Assembly (NCBI RefSeq): GCF_006345805.1
Contig: NC_043008.1
Location: forward strand, 55,118,001 to 55,182,000
Direction of reading: 5' to 3'
Length of the DNA: 64,000 nucleotides
Source of the DNA: Octopus sinensis
Taxonomy: Eukaryota
Numbering within the stretch: position 1 is the stretch's first letter; every line of letters starts with the position of its first letter. Of the stretch, positions 37,533 to 49,579 are shown in pieces. The notes under the pieces are model-generated. The model had not been told where the DNA came from, ran no database searches, and worked only from the letters and a program-made list of their open reading frames with translations. The position numbers and the translations under genes are program-made.

Positions 37533-38719
37533 ACGTTGTTGTTAAGTTTTATTAAGCAATGCACTGGGTTAAATATGGCTGAATCTTCTTTTACTATTGA
37601 TAAAACACTTTATATTTCCTTTATCAGAGAAACCATCTTTGTAGACAATAAGATATTTTGTATTTCCTCCACCAGGGTAGTAATTTATATTGACTGTCTT
37701 GCTTCAGGTATCATTTTCTTGAAAACACTTTGTTGTTATTTTAAGGCTGTAATATTGTTTTCTATTCAGTTCCTGTCTAATGGTATATTTGTTTATTCTT
37801 TATACCAGTAGTAGTGATGGTGATGGTCATGTTTCTATTGTTCTTTTTGATCATAATAGCATATGATGTGTTGTGTATATAACAAAGTAGAAGGAAAAAC
37901 ATGTCAAACCATTGGTAGGGGAAGATAAAGAAGCAGTGGGTTTAGATAGCCAGATATGTATGTGTGTGCAATATTTGATATTAATAGTGACAGTTTACCT
38001 ATGGTAGCAAAAGTATATTTCAAACTTACCCATCATAAAATGGGTAACGTTCTGGTTATTATTATGATAATTAAAGTTAATTTGTAACTTTATTATAATA
38101 AATATGCACTCCACTACGTGTATTTTATATAGCATGGAATTTTGGCAATTTAAATTTAATGTTGCAGTGAATCTAACGGTTTTTGTGTGTTTCTTAAATG
38201 GCTTATAAACACCTTCCACGCTGCAATTGTTTTTGTTCCAGCACACAATCTCAGATCAGGTTACTTGCTATGCAAGTACATCCCCATGATATAATACTGT
38301 ACACATACACACACAGGTACAACACCCACTTTTTCCAGATACTGATTATTTAGAACATCTTATCCACGCTTATCTCTCTCTCTGTCTCTCTCTATCTTTC
38401 TCTCTCTCTGTATAATATATATATATATATATTAGTTTGACATATTTCTATAGATGCAGGACTTGGACATGTTGCATCTTAGAGTGACTGGGTGTTTTGA
38501 AAGCAATAGTACACTCAGTGACTCAAGGATACGACATAAATCATATATAATTTATGATATACTTTAAAGGCCTAGCACATAATGGCATCCCATATGTATA
38601 CATTAAACTCTTGTACTTCAATATTGCACAGTCAACCATGTATGATGCTGTATGTATTTAGGAATCAATTGCATATACATGTATATACATGTATTTGCTA
38701 TGTGTATACTACTAAGTAT

Positions 38720-39047
38720 GCTGCTGAGATGCCCTTTAGTCATGACTGACCGTGGGATTGCACCTAGAAAGTTACCCTCGCAGGCACAAGTCCGGGCAAG
38801 GTTGTTTATGGAAGACCAGCAGTCGCCCATGCATACCGGCCTCCCATCTCCACACCACCAGTGTTATCCAAGAGAAAGGCAACGACCGATACAGCTTGCC
38901 ACCTGTGATGTTGCAACTCATTTCTATAGCTGAGTGAACTGGAGCAACGTGAAATAAAGTGTCTTGCTCAAGAACACAACACGCAGTCCGGTCTGGGATT
39001 TGAACTCACTACCTCATGATCGTAAGCTCGACGCTCTAATCACTGAG
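38720..39047 (-). mobile_element. tRNA-derived SINE with CORE/V-like domain
   Basis: Reverse head ctcagtgattagagcgtcgagcttacgatcatgaggtagtgagttcaaatccc, then gttgtgttcttgagcaagacacttt. Confidence 0.65.
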
Positions 39048-39205
39048 TATAGTAGTAATCTAAACACTATACTTGAAGCTGACTGGATGATGATAAACTC
39101 AACCCTAACAATTGTACATCTAAATGTACTCACAAGATATGCTATATATATATATATATAAGTAAATAAATGGAGTTGAACACAGATGCTATTCAAATTC
39201 TTTTA

Positions 39206-39288
39206 CTTTCGACATATGTTTCGAAGACAACATTGGTTTTATTCCAAAGGAATAAATGATGTAAAATGCAACCTTCTCATCAGGAAAG
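39206..39288 (-). ncRNA. Type I hammerhead ribozyme motif with canonical core
   Basis: Reverse strand: CTTTC-CTGATGA-GAAGGTTGCATT...AATGTTGTCTTC-GAAAC-ATAT-GTC-GAAAG. Stem I 5 bp, G10.1-C11.1, GUC cleavage triplet. Confidence 0.75.
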
Positions 39289-39660
39289 AAAGAGAGCCTA
39301 TTTCAACAACAAGACATTATAACAATTTTGATGACTGCATAAATGATAAACAGAATGTTATTAAGTATTTTAAAAAAACCGTTAGTAGATTCAACATCAA
39401 AAGCAGATACTAGAAAGAGAAGGGGTAATGAAATAATAAGTAGAGAACAAATAAAGAGGGATATATTGGTTGAAAAAATGTTCAAAGGCTTGGAAGTAGA
39501 TTCTCTATTGAAGTAAAGTGCAAGTTAAACTAACTGTTTAAACTATAAAGACTGGTAAAATCACTTATATGAGCTAACGGTATGTTTCTGCCAGTGCTTA
39601 CATTTGTAAGATGGCTCTATAAGTGTGGTAACAAGGTGATTCTTAGAGAAGAGAATGTGT
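39289..39660 (-). mobile_element. Probable Penelope-like element 3' remnant upstream of the hammerhead
   Basis: Bounded by (TA)n and contiguous with the HHR. The decayed reverse translation (SHLTNVSTGRNIP...YFNRESTSKPLN) loosely resembles a GIY-YIG-ORF C-terminus, a weak similarity. Confidence 0.35.
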
Positions 39661-39703
39661 ATATATATATAATCAAAATAAGCAACAAGAATAACTTTGG
39701 TAA

Positions 39704-39790
39704 TTTGGTATGATCGTTTCATACTACATCATTTTATTAAATGTTGTAAGTATTACAACAGATTTAAAATGCTGAGTACTCATCAGCCAA
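39704..39790 (-). ncRNA. Type I hammerhead motif with G16.2>A substitution
   Basis: Reverse strand: ttgg-CTGATGA-GTACT-cagcatt...atgatgt-AGTAT-GAAAC-GATC-ATA-ccaa. Same family as 59466-59554. Confidence 0.55.
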
Positions 39791-40094
39791 TTATAGAGGT
39801 TTTCCATTAATACAAAGATTTTCGTATCAAGTGGCAACATTATAGAGAAGGTAGATATATAGACAAAGATGTGGATTTAAATTTTAAGAACATTTGAGGT
39901 AGTGGAGCCTATCAACTGACTGACTAAGATTTGGTTGTTCCAGGCCACTGTAAGGTTCTGAGAGGGAAGAATAAGTGGAAGGAAACAATAAAGATTTTCT
40001 AATTATAGAAATGGGGTAAAAGGGGGTTTCAGAGCTCCATTTAAGGAATTTATGTGGAAGACAGCATTGTCACTGCTATTTATATATATATATA

Positions 40095-40365
40095 GGTACC
40101 ACTCGGGTACCACTCGACAACTGCGTGCGTCCACCGATTATCGGTGAGCCGGGCGACGTGTCCAGCCCATCTATACTTGGTACCCACGTGAGCGGAAAAG
40201 ACCACCCAGAAGATCTCCACGACGGTAGAGTGACGATTTCAAGAGGATGATTGGGATCACGTGGATGAGAAAGGCGCGATCCAGAGAGGAGTGGACAGCG
40301 TGCTGTGACAAGCGGTGTCAAATGGACGCCTGACGGACTGGTCGGTCAAAGTGATCAAGTGATAT
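40095..40365 (+). pseudogene. RTE-clade LINE 3' end, relatively young (CpG-rich)
   Basis: Translation TWYPRERKRPPRRSPRR*SDDFKRMIGITWMRKARSREEWTACC resembles the RTE-1/BovB W.PR..KRP.GRP..RW.D terminus. The tail is aagtgatcaagtga and the element sits in (TA)n. Confidence 0.75.
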
Positions 40366-40509
40366 ATATATATATATATATGTATATGCATGTGTGTGTA
40401 TATTACTGTTGCTTTTCTTCAAATGAGTGTCACTGTCAGGTGGTGGTGTTCTATGTTTCGAATCTTTTATAAAAGCACATCTGATCTGATCATGGAGGTA
40501 TATTACCTT

Positions 40510-40633
40510 TACTTGGAAACAGGTGAGAGTTGGTGTCAGGAAGGATATCCAGCTGTAGAAAATCCACCTCAATAAATTCTGTGTCCAACCCATGTAAGCA
40601 TGGAAATGTGGACATTAAAATGATGATGATGAT
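40510..40633 (+). mobile_element. Family C-like LINE 3' tail
   Basis: gtcaggaaggatatccagctgtagaa...cccatgtaagcatggaaatgtggacattaaaatgatgatgat. Confidence 0.6.
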
Positions 40634-41871
40634 TAACTACATCATGACATTTATTTTGTAAAACAATGTTGCTAAGTTTATTTCTTAATTAATGTTTTCA
40701 GCACAGTGCAGTTTAGTCTCCATGCTACTTTCCTGATAATTCAGGAATTTGATCCGATGAAATATGGAATTAGGCTATTTCTGTATATGTTGTTCATCTT
40801 ACAGTGAATGAGAGAGGGGGAGAAGAAAGTTGGTCTCAATTGAAATGATAAAAATGAAATGTTAAACTTAATCTTTCAAACCAACAACAGATGATTTAGG
40901 AGATTTTTCTGTTGAAGGACAAACTTTCTAGTTTTGGTTGTTCTGTGTGTCTCTTCTCATCGTCTTCCTCTTCTTTCTTCTATTCTCCTTTGCTTTCTTT
41001 TTTGTCACCTCTTTCTTCTTTCCTTCCTCCTCCTCCTCCTCCTTCTTGTTCTTCTTTCACCAGCAGTAGTTCGTCTGTGTCTCTCTGGTGAAATGTTTCA
41101 TGTTTGTGCGAATTGATTGCTACCAGGAAATGTCAATTTTTCTTTGTTTAACCAGTATGCTGTTTTTTTTTTTTTCCTCTCTGCATAGGAGCCAGTGTGT
41201 TATGAGCTTGTCAGTGTGTTTAGACATATATGTATGTAAATACATTATCATTTATCCTCAGAGAAAATATATTACTGAAAAGTCTAAAAACCAGCAAGAA
41301 ACTCTTAGTAGTGAAGTTCACTGTGTTGAAATCTTCCAACTTTGTTCTATTGATGCAATCACTCTTCTGCCTTATTCACTTATAATAGATCTGCAAGTTT
41401 GTCCACTGTCGCACTAATGAGAAGAGATTATGTTGAAATAGGAGAGTAAATGATTGAGTGAGTGAGTGAATGGCAGAAAGAGAAGTAAAATGAACGCAAG
41501 TAAAAGGATGAGGGTTTTTATCACATTACTCCTAACACAGCAGGAAAGGGTGAGTGAGGGTAAGAAGAGTGGCTAGAGTAAGAAGTATTAACAGTGGTTA
41601 GTGGAGCAGATATTTTGATCAAACTGAAAGAGTACATTTTTGGCTGTAATGATTTACTACAATGTTATAGGTACTATATTATGTCGTTCAGTTTTAAAAG
41701 GAGGTGTAATAAAACATTTGTGGTAAAATAGGCTATAAAAATGTGTGTGTGTATTAATGTATGTACTCTTTCTTCAAGTAGCCACAACCAAGACCGTGTG
41801 TGTGTGTGTACATATGCATGCAACTGTAGCAGTCAGTATATTATTTAATATATATATATATATATATTACG

Positions 41872-42158
41872 TGATCTCGTGACCGACCAGACCATCAGAA
41901 GTTGCTACACATCGCTGGTCACAATGCGTTCTCATTGTTTTAGCCTTCGAATGACGCCACTCTGCTGGCTAAGCGAGCAGGCCAACAGAAGAAAGAGTGG
42001 TGAAAGAGTACAGCAGGGATCACCACCCCCTGCTGGAGCCTCGTGGAGCTTTTAGGTGTTTTCGCTCAATAAACACACGCAACACCTGGTCTGAGAATCG
42101 AAACCACGATCCTATGACCGCGAGTCCGCTGCCCTAACCACTGGGCCATTGCACCTCC
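41872..42158 (-). mobile_element. SINE-D subfamily
   Basis: Reverse head ggaggtgcaatggcccagtggttagggcagcggactcgcgg, shared with 51011-51399 but with a different 3' body. Confidence 0.75.
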
Positions 42159-42504
42159 ATATATATATACAATATTAGGCTGAAAACTATATTAAATCAA
42201 TAAAAGGGGCAATTTTCACAATAGAATCCCTTTATCTCTTTATATATATATATATTCCCTTTTAAGACCATGTCTTCTCTGACAGGTAGGCCTCTTGATC
42301 ATGATGGATTTCTGCATTATTTGGGGCAATGTCTTGATAAACAAAGTTTTTGTTTTTTTTTCCATTTGGTGCATAGATGTAAAGATTTTTCTTAGCTTGC
42401 TGCTGATACTTTTGGAGCGTCTTTCAATTCTGTTGCCCTCATGAAATTTTTTGTGAGTGACATACACATACAGAGAAACAGTGAGAGATAGTGTGGTATA
42501 TATA

Positions 42505-43192
42505 TTAGGTCGTCAAGTATTTTTGAATCGAATTGAAACATGTGATGAGAAATGGATCCAATACAACAACCTTAAATGTTCACCATAATATTTAGACAAA
42601 GATGAGCCACCAAAACACAGTCCAAAAAGCAAAATTCATCAAAAGAAGCTGATGGCATGTGTTTTGTTGTCTGGCACAGGTGTGATCCTTTATGATTTCA
42701 TTAAATCTGGCTCATCAATCACAGCCAAATTTTACTACAGTTAGCTGGACCAAATGATTTAGAAACTTACTAAAAAACAGCCTAGATTAGTCAGAAGATG
42801 CACTCCTATTTTATTGCAAGACAATGCCAGACCACACATTGCAAAAATGACATTGGCGAAACTACAGGAGTTGGAGTTGGAAGTTCTCCATCATCCACCA
42901 TACTTACCTGATCTTGCCACCACTGACTACCACTTCTTTCAGAATTTGGATAACTTTTTGATAAGAAAAAAGTTTAATTTTGACAAAACTGTAAAACAGG
43001 CCTTCAAAGATTTTATTGACTCTAGATTGCCAGGCCTTTTACAGTTCTGGGCTGGACAAGCTACTGTTGAAATGGCAAAAGTGTATTGACAATAGGGGTG
43101 TATACTTTGATGAATAAAACTATTCCTTGTATTTATAAAACATTAGCAAACAATTTTTTTCTTTTCTATAAATTTCATACTTGACAACCTAA
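42505..43192 (+). mobile_element. Internally deleted mariner (D,D34D catalytic half) with both TIRs
   Basis: TA|ttaggtcgtcaagta ... tacttgacaacctaa|TA. It encodes FLNRIETCDEKWIQYNN...LLQDNARPHIAK...HHPPYLPDLATTDYHFFQNLDNF, with stops. Confidence 0.9.
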
Positions 43193-44134
43193 TATATAGA
43201 TAGAGGGGGAAAGTTACCAATGAGAAAAGCATAAAAGACAGACATACAGGCAGATAGAGAGAGGGATCTTTTCTGCTGTTACAGTTTTTGAAATTTTAAG
43301 ATTAAGTGAAAATTTTCAAATTTGATGTATTGATATAATTTTTTCATGCTGAATCCAATTTTGTGATTCATTTATTCTAGAAAAACTTCAGAAAAATATT
43401 ACAGAAGTTTAAAATATCATCATTATTACCCAATCAGAAAACAGGATTTGGAAGCTTGCATTTTCTGCGTGATAGTTGTCTATCACGAAACAAAAGCAAA
43501 AACATTATGACAACACAGTTTTAAATAAGATGAGAGCAAAACATAACAATGATGAAAGTTGTAAGAAGTTTTATTAAGTTTTAATGATTATTCATTAAGC
43601 TCTTGATATTGCATTAAATGTCATATCAAGAGAGAGATAGAGCAGCATATCAAGAGAGAGAGAGAGATAGAGCAGCATGCAAGAGAGATACTTATATAGA
43701 CAAAGAGTAACATAGAATCTGGCAAATATATAGAGAGAGGGGAAAAGTGTAAAAGAAAGAGAAAGCCAGGTAGATTTAGCAATCTAAAAGTTGAGTTATT
43801 TTTTGTAGGAAATCATATTTTTTGATTAATAATAAGTGAAAACATTCTTGGGATGCAGATTTCAAAAATCAAATTCATTTTCCTCAAGGACACTGTTTCA
43901 AAGCCTTTCTATGACATACATACATGCATACACACATACATTCTTGTGTGTGTGTGTGTGCACATGTGTGCGTGTATATGCGCATTTGATTTATACACAC
44001 TCCTGTAATTGCTGTTTCATTTGTTATTAATTAGTCTTTTCAGCATATGGGAACATGGTTTCTATTTCAAATTTTTTTTTTTTTTTGGCTACTTAATGTT
44101 TTGCTACTTAATGGCTTCAGTTACCTATCTCTTT

Positions 44135-44640
44135 TGATAACATCATCATTTAACTTCTGCTTTCCATGCTGGCATGGGTTGGATGGTTTGACTGAGAACT
44201 GATAAGCTGGGGAGCTGCACCAGGTTCCAGTCTGGTTTGGCATGGTTTCTATGGCTGGATGCCCTTCCTAATGCCAACCACTCCAAGAGTGTGGTGAGTG
44301 CCTTTTACATGCTACAACCATGGGTGCCAGTTATGTGTCACCGGCATTGGCCTCAATTAAGATCTCACTTGGCTTGTCAGGTCATCTCAAGCACAGTATA
44401 TCGCCAAAGGTTTCAGTCACCCGTCACTGCTTATGTGAGACCCAACATTTGAATGGTGCTTTTTATGTGCCACTGGCACAGGTGCCAGTCACGTAGCACT
44501 GGCATCAGCCACAACTTCGATTTCACTTGGCTTAACAGGTCTTCTCAAGCATGTCACCCAATGTTCAAAGGGTGCGTTTTACCTGCCAGCCACACAACAC
44601 TGACATTGTGACTGACATGTAAAAAGCACCCTTCTTACCA
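44135..44640 (-). mobile_element. Family C LINE 3' UTR, long copy
   Basis: catcatcatttaacttctgctttccatgctggcatggg...gtgccactggcacaggtgccag. Confidence 0.75.
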
Positions 44641-44877
44641 ATTCTAATATTATGTATCCAGTTCAAGTTTTATAATTTATAAAAAAAAAACCTACTGCAT
44701 TGCGCATGTATACACACATTCCTTTCACATCTTTGCATCAATATATCTTAACAATATCATCTTCTGTTGTGGTAGTTGACCATAGTCTGAAGTTGTAATT
44801 CCCTTCACCAAAGAATATAAACAAAAGAGAATTGTTACTGAGTATAATGTCTTCAATATTTCAAATGTTTTCCATTA

Positions 44878-45054
44878 CAGCCACAAGCATGGCTATGTGG
44901 TAAGAATCTTGCTTCTCAACCACATGGTTCCATGATCAGTCCCATTGCGTGGTATCTTGGGCAAGTGTCTTCTACTATAGCCTTGTGCTGACCAAAGCCT
45001 TGTGAGTGGATTTGGTAGACAGAAACTGAAAGAAGCCTATCATATACATATATG

Positions 45055-45085
<31 letters not shown>

Positions 45086-45330
45086 ATCTATGTGTGTATG
45101 TATCTTTGTGTCTGTGTTTGTCCCCCTACTATCTCTTGACAACCAATGTCAGTGTGTTTACGCCCTGTATCTCAGCAGTTCTGCAAAATAGACCAATAGA
45201 TAGTACTTACTAGGCTTAAAAGAATAAGTCCTGGGGTCAATTGCTTCGACTAAAAACTCGTTAAGGTGGTGCTCCAGCATGACCACAGTCAAAATGACTG
45301 AAACATGTAAAAGAATAAAAGTATAAAAGA
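44878..45330 (+). mobile_element. SINE-A, moderately diverged
   Basis: Complete head, body and tail. Confidence 0.8.
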
Positions 45331-45649
45331 ATTACAGTTAGTGAAAATTAATTAGTCAAGTCTTCTGTAACGATCTTACAGTGATGTAATTTTCCAGGTT
45401 GCCTTAACAAGAAAAGAAAAAGAAAATATAAAAAACAAAACACACTCAGACTCTGTTTTTAATTAAAAGCAAAAATTATTTTATTTTTGTTTTGGTGTTT
45501 TCAATGTAATTTTATTTGTTACTTTTCTTTTCTTTTTTTTTTTTGCATTTCTTATATGGGCAAAAATTTATAATTTATAGGGAAGAACATCATTGCTTGA
45601 GTTGTAAATCTTCAGATAGAAAATAAGAAATAGACATAATGATTATTTG

Positions 45650-45972
45650 TCTTTTACTTGTTTTCAGTCATTGCACTGCTGCCATGCTGGAGCACTGCCT
45701 TGAAGGATTTAATCAAACAAATTGGTACATACTATATTGGTCACTTTTGCTGACCAACAGTTGTCAAACAGTCATGGGAAAAAAGCAAACATAAACACAC
45801 ACATATAAAACAGGCTTCCATACAGTTTCCATCTAGCTAATTCTCTCACAATCCATTGACTGACCTGGGGCTATTGTAGAAGACATTTTGCTCAAGGTTT
45901 TGCCTAGTGGAATTGAACCCGAAATCATGCATTTGTAAAGCAAGCTTCTTAACCATACACCCATGCCTGCAC
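45650..45972 (-). mobile_element. SINE-A, old diverged copy
   Basis: ttttacttgttttcagtc...catgctggagcactgcc...cttaaccatacacccatgcctgc. Confidence 0.55.
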
Positions 45973-46620
45973 CCACAAAGATTGACTGCCCGCAGTTAGA
46001 AATGCTGACCCTCAATCTGAACTGTCAATTAGATAATATCTATGATAGGGGTACTATAACCGCTCTGCCCCACCCCCCTCCTAGATTGTATTCAAAAGAC
46101 TAATAAAGGTTCGTTTGTCAGCCTTTTATTTTTTTACTGCTTAATCAGTGAGGAAAGGGCAATGGCTGTGAGCCTTTACTTTTATAAGGTCTCTGAAACA
46201 AGTGGAAGAATGGAAAAATGCTTTCCATAGAGTGAAATCTGCTGAAAGGCCTAGAACTACAGCAAAATACCTCGTGACATCTGGTGCAGATCTGTAACTA
46301 TTCTGTCAGTCTAACCATCCAAGACTGGTGCTTTATTTTATTGACCTTAAAAGAACGAAAATCATAGTTGACCTCTGGAGGATTTGAACTCAAAATACAG
46401 AAAACTGGAATAAATACCACGAGTACTAACCCACTGAAATAAGATGATTGGGTGTGGCTGTTTGGATGCTGATGACTTGGCGTAGCTGACTGGACATTCA
46501 CCCTGTTTTGGCGGCTGTGTTTTGGCATGGCAGCAGTCTTAGACACTCGCACATGCATGTGTGCATGTGCGTGCATGTATACAGACATATGTGCAGAAAT
46601 ATACATACACACAGATAGCA

Positions 46621-46652
<32 letters not shown>

Positions 46653-46685
46653 CATTACAATTTATTAATCGAACATGATTGACAT

Positions 46686-47373
46686 AAGGCGCAGGAGTGG
46701 CTGTGTGGTAAGTAGCTTGCTAACCAACCACATGGTTGCGGCTTCAGTCCCACTGTGTGGCATCTTGGGCAAGTGTCTTCTGCTTGACAACTGGTGTTGG
46801 TTTGTTTACATCCCCATAACTTAGTAGTTGATCTAAAGATATCAACAGAAGTGGTACCAGACTTTAAAATATATATGCTGGGGTCAATTTGTTTGACTAA
46901 ACCCTTCAAGGTGGTACCCCATCATGGCCAAAGTCCAATGTCTGAAATAAAAAAAAAAAAAAAGGGGGCCAAATAAAAGTAATCAGGAGTGGCTGTGTGG
47001 TAAGTAGCTTGCTAACCAACCACAAGGTTCTGGGTTCAGTCCCACTGTGTGGCATCTTGGGCAAGTGTCTTCTGCTATAGCCCCGGGCCGACCAATGCTT
47101 TGTGAGTGGATTTGGTAGATGGAAACTGAAAGAAGCCTGTCGTATATATGTATGTGTGTGTGTTTGTGTGTCTGTGTTTGTCCCCCTAGCATTGCTTGAC
47201 AACCGATGCTGGTGTGTTTACGTCCCCGTAACTTAGCAGTTCGGCAAAAGAGACTTATAGAATAAGTACTGGGCTTACAAAGAATAAGTCCCGGGGTCGA
47301 TTTGCTCGACTATAGGCGGTGCTCCAGCATGGCCGCAGTCAAATGACTGAAACAAGTAAAAAAGAGTAAAGAG
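46686..47373 (+). mobile_element. Composite: SINE-A head, old SINE-A tail, complete SINE-A
   Basis: A head at 46686-46782 is fused to a diverged tail (46783-46984), and a new head starts at 46985. Confidence 0.75.
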
Positions 47374-48254
47374 TATAAACATTCCCTCTCTTCATACATA
47401 TAAAGAAATATACTCTCACACATAAACTGAGTGAGAGAGCTGGAGAAAGAGAGAGAGAGAGAGAGAGAGAAAAGCAGAGGGTAAGAGTCAAATCAGTTAG
47501 CATCAAATCAGTGATACCAAATGTACAGTGCCAACACAAACATGCCATGGCCCTCACATGTGCTTTATGTTGTAGTAGCTGCATTACGTACTGTTATATA
47601 TTGCAAGCTGTTTATCACCCTCCTCTTAAGCCTTTCCTGTACATCCGCTGCCCTTGTCGTCTCTACTATGCCTCATACTGCTTTACACTAGTAATTATTC
47701 ATTTGTTCCTATTCCCAGCTGTAATCCTCTGATATTCTATTTTTAGTTTCTTTTCCTGAAGATTTTAATCTACACATATTAACATCAGTCACATTGACCG
47801 TAACAGTCTTGATGACCTTGTAAGGGCCATGGATGTTGCTCTTCTCTCTTCTTATGACTAATTATTAGGACCTTTGTTGGTCCAAGTTGGCCATCCCCTC
47901 TGCACATGCATATGCAGGCCAGGTCAAACTTCTTTTGAGGAAGTCTGGCCGTTGCCCTTGCTTGCAAGTCTCTCAACCTCATACTACCGGTGTTTATCCA
48001 AAGGAATGGCTACCTACTTAAGTCAATACAATTTGGTACTAGTGTCATCGCAGACCTCACTATGAGAAGCCAAAGTACCAGAACACACACTACAGGACAT
48101 ATTTCCTGCCTGCTAACAGTTACACCAATCAAAACCATGATGCATTCTGCTCAGTGGTCCACCAACTCTGCCAACTTGCTGCTTTTCTAACTAACTAAAT
48201 AAAATGAAAATCATAAAAAGAAAACTAATTTGATTGCAGAAACTTCTAGAAAGG

Positions 48255-48962
48255 CACAGGCATGGCTGTGAAATTAAGAAGCCCACATTGCAAGCACATG
48301 TGGGCTTTGGGTTCAGTCCTACTGAGTGGCACCTTGAGTGAGTGTCTTCTACCAAAACGCTGGGCTGACCAATGCCTTGTGAGTGAATTTGGAAGACAAA
48401 AACTGTGTGGAGGCCTGTCACTTATAAGTGTGTGTATGTATATCTCTCTTTGTTCCCCCAACCACTTGACAACTGGTGTTGGTTTGTTTACATCCCCATA
48501 ACTTAGTATTTGAGCAAAAGATATCAACAGAAGTGGTACCAGACTTTAAAATATATATGCTGGGGTCAATTTGTTTGACTAAATCTTTTAAGGTGGTACC
48601 CCATCATGGCCACAGTCCAATGTCTGAAATAAATAAAAGAAAAAAAAAGCCAAATAAAAGTAATCAGGAGTGGCTGTGTGGTAGACGGAAACTGAAAGAA
48701 GCCTGTCATATATATGTATGTATATATATATGTGTGTGTGTGTGTATGTGTTTGTGTGTCTGTGTTTGTCCCCCTAGCATTGCTTGACAACTGATGCTGG
48801 TGTGTTTACGTCCCCGTCACTTAGCGGTTCAGTAAAAGAGACCGATAGAATAAGTACTGGGCTTACAAAGAATAAGTCCCGGGGTCGATTTGCTCGACCA
48901 AAGGCAGTGCTCCAGCATGGCCGCACTCAAATGACTGAAACAAGTGAAAGAGAAAAGAGAGA
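48255..48962 (+). mobile_element. Composite: old SINE-A plus young SINE-A with deleted head region
   Basis: The old copy spans 48255-48663. The young copy begins caggagtggctgtgtggta|gacggaaactg, a deletion at a ggta microhomology. Confidence 0.75.
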
Positions 48963-49579
48963 GTTTGACAGTCTTTGGAACTCTTCTCCAGATTTACTGT
49001 CTAGGTCTACCTTGCTAACTTTTAGATTTAAATAGCCTCATTGAATTAGTCGGGTTATTTACAAGTTAGTCGGGTTCTTTACTTATGGACACCGCACACT
49101 GGTTTAGATCTCCTGACAAACTGCCAACCTCTTGGCAACTTGTCTGGTACTGCATTGAGTCAATTATTTCTGCTCCATGACAATAACAAAAACAACACTT
49201 CCAAAACTCATTCAAAACACCCCTTTCATCATCACAACAGACATACATATACATTGCCAAACTAAACACATAGAAACAAGCTTCACAACCGTTCAAATTC
49301 AAAAACTGACCTGACAAGAAGTGTGAACAGAACAGTAAATCACTACTCTCTTTTCCAACCCATACTGCTTCCTCGCCTCTAGTCTTGTTGGTATAAATTA
49401 GTTGCTATGTTAATTTACAACCATTTCAAGCCACGAATGCCTTTCTTATTCTTGAGACTTGTTTGTTTATCTTCTTATGTCCATCTGCATTTTATTGTTT
49501 TTTTCCCCACCCCCATTTTATCATATTTTTTTCATTTTAGATGAATATATTATTAAGGTATTGTTTCTTATGGCTAGAT

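Noticed and set aside
37506-37811. 101-aa ORF in AT-rich DNA
   Set aside because: It begins in the antisense of an RTE remnant. The remainder has no recognisable homology in any frame.
40930-41090. Long pyrimidine tract followed by cag...ctg|gtgaaa (24-nt microexon?)
   Set aside because: The tract is a simple CT/CCT repeat and the donor is weak.
47760-48190. GC-richer segment with GPYKVIK on the minus strand (Gypsy integrase-like?)
   Set aside because: A single short motif with multiple stops and no other integrase or LTR features. This is not enough to call.
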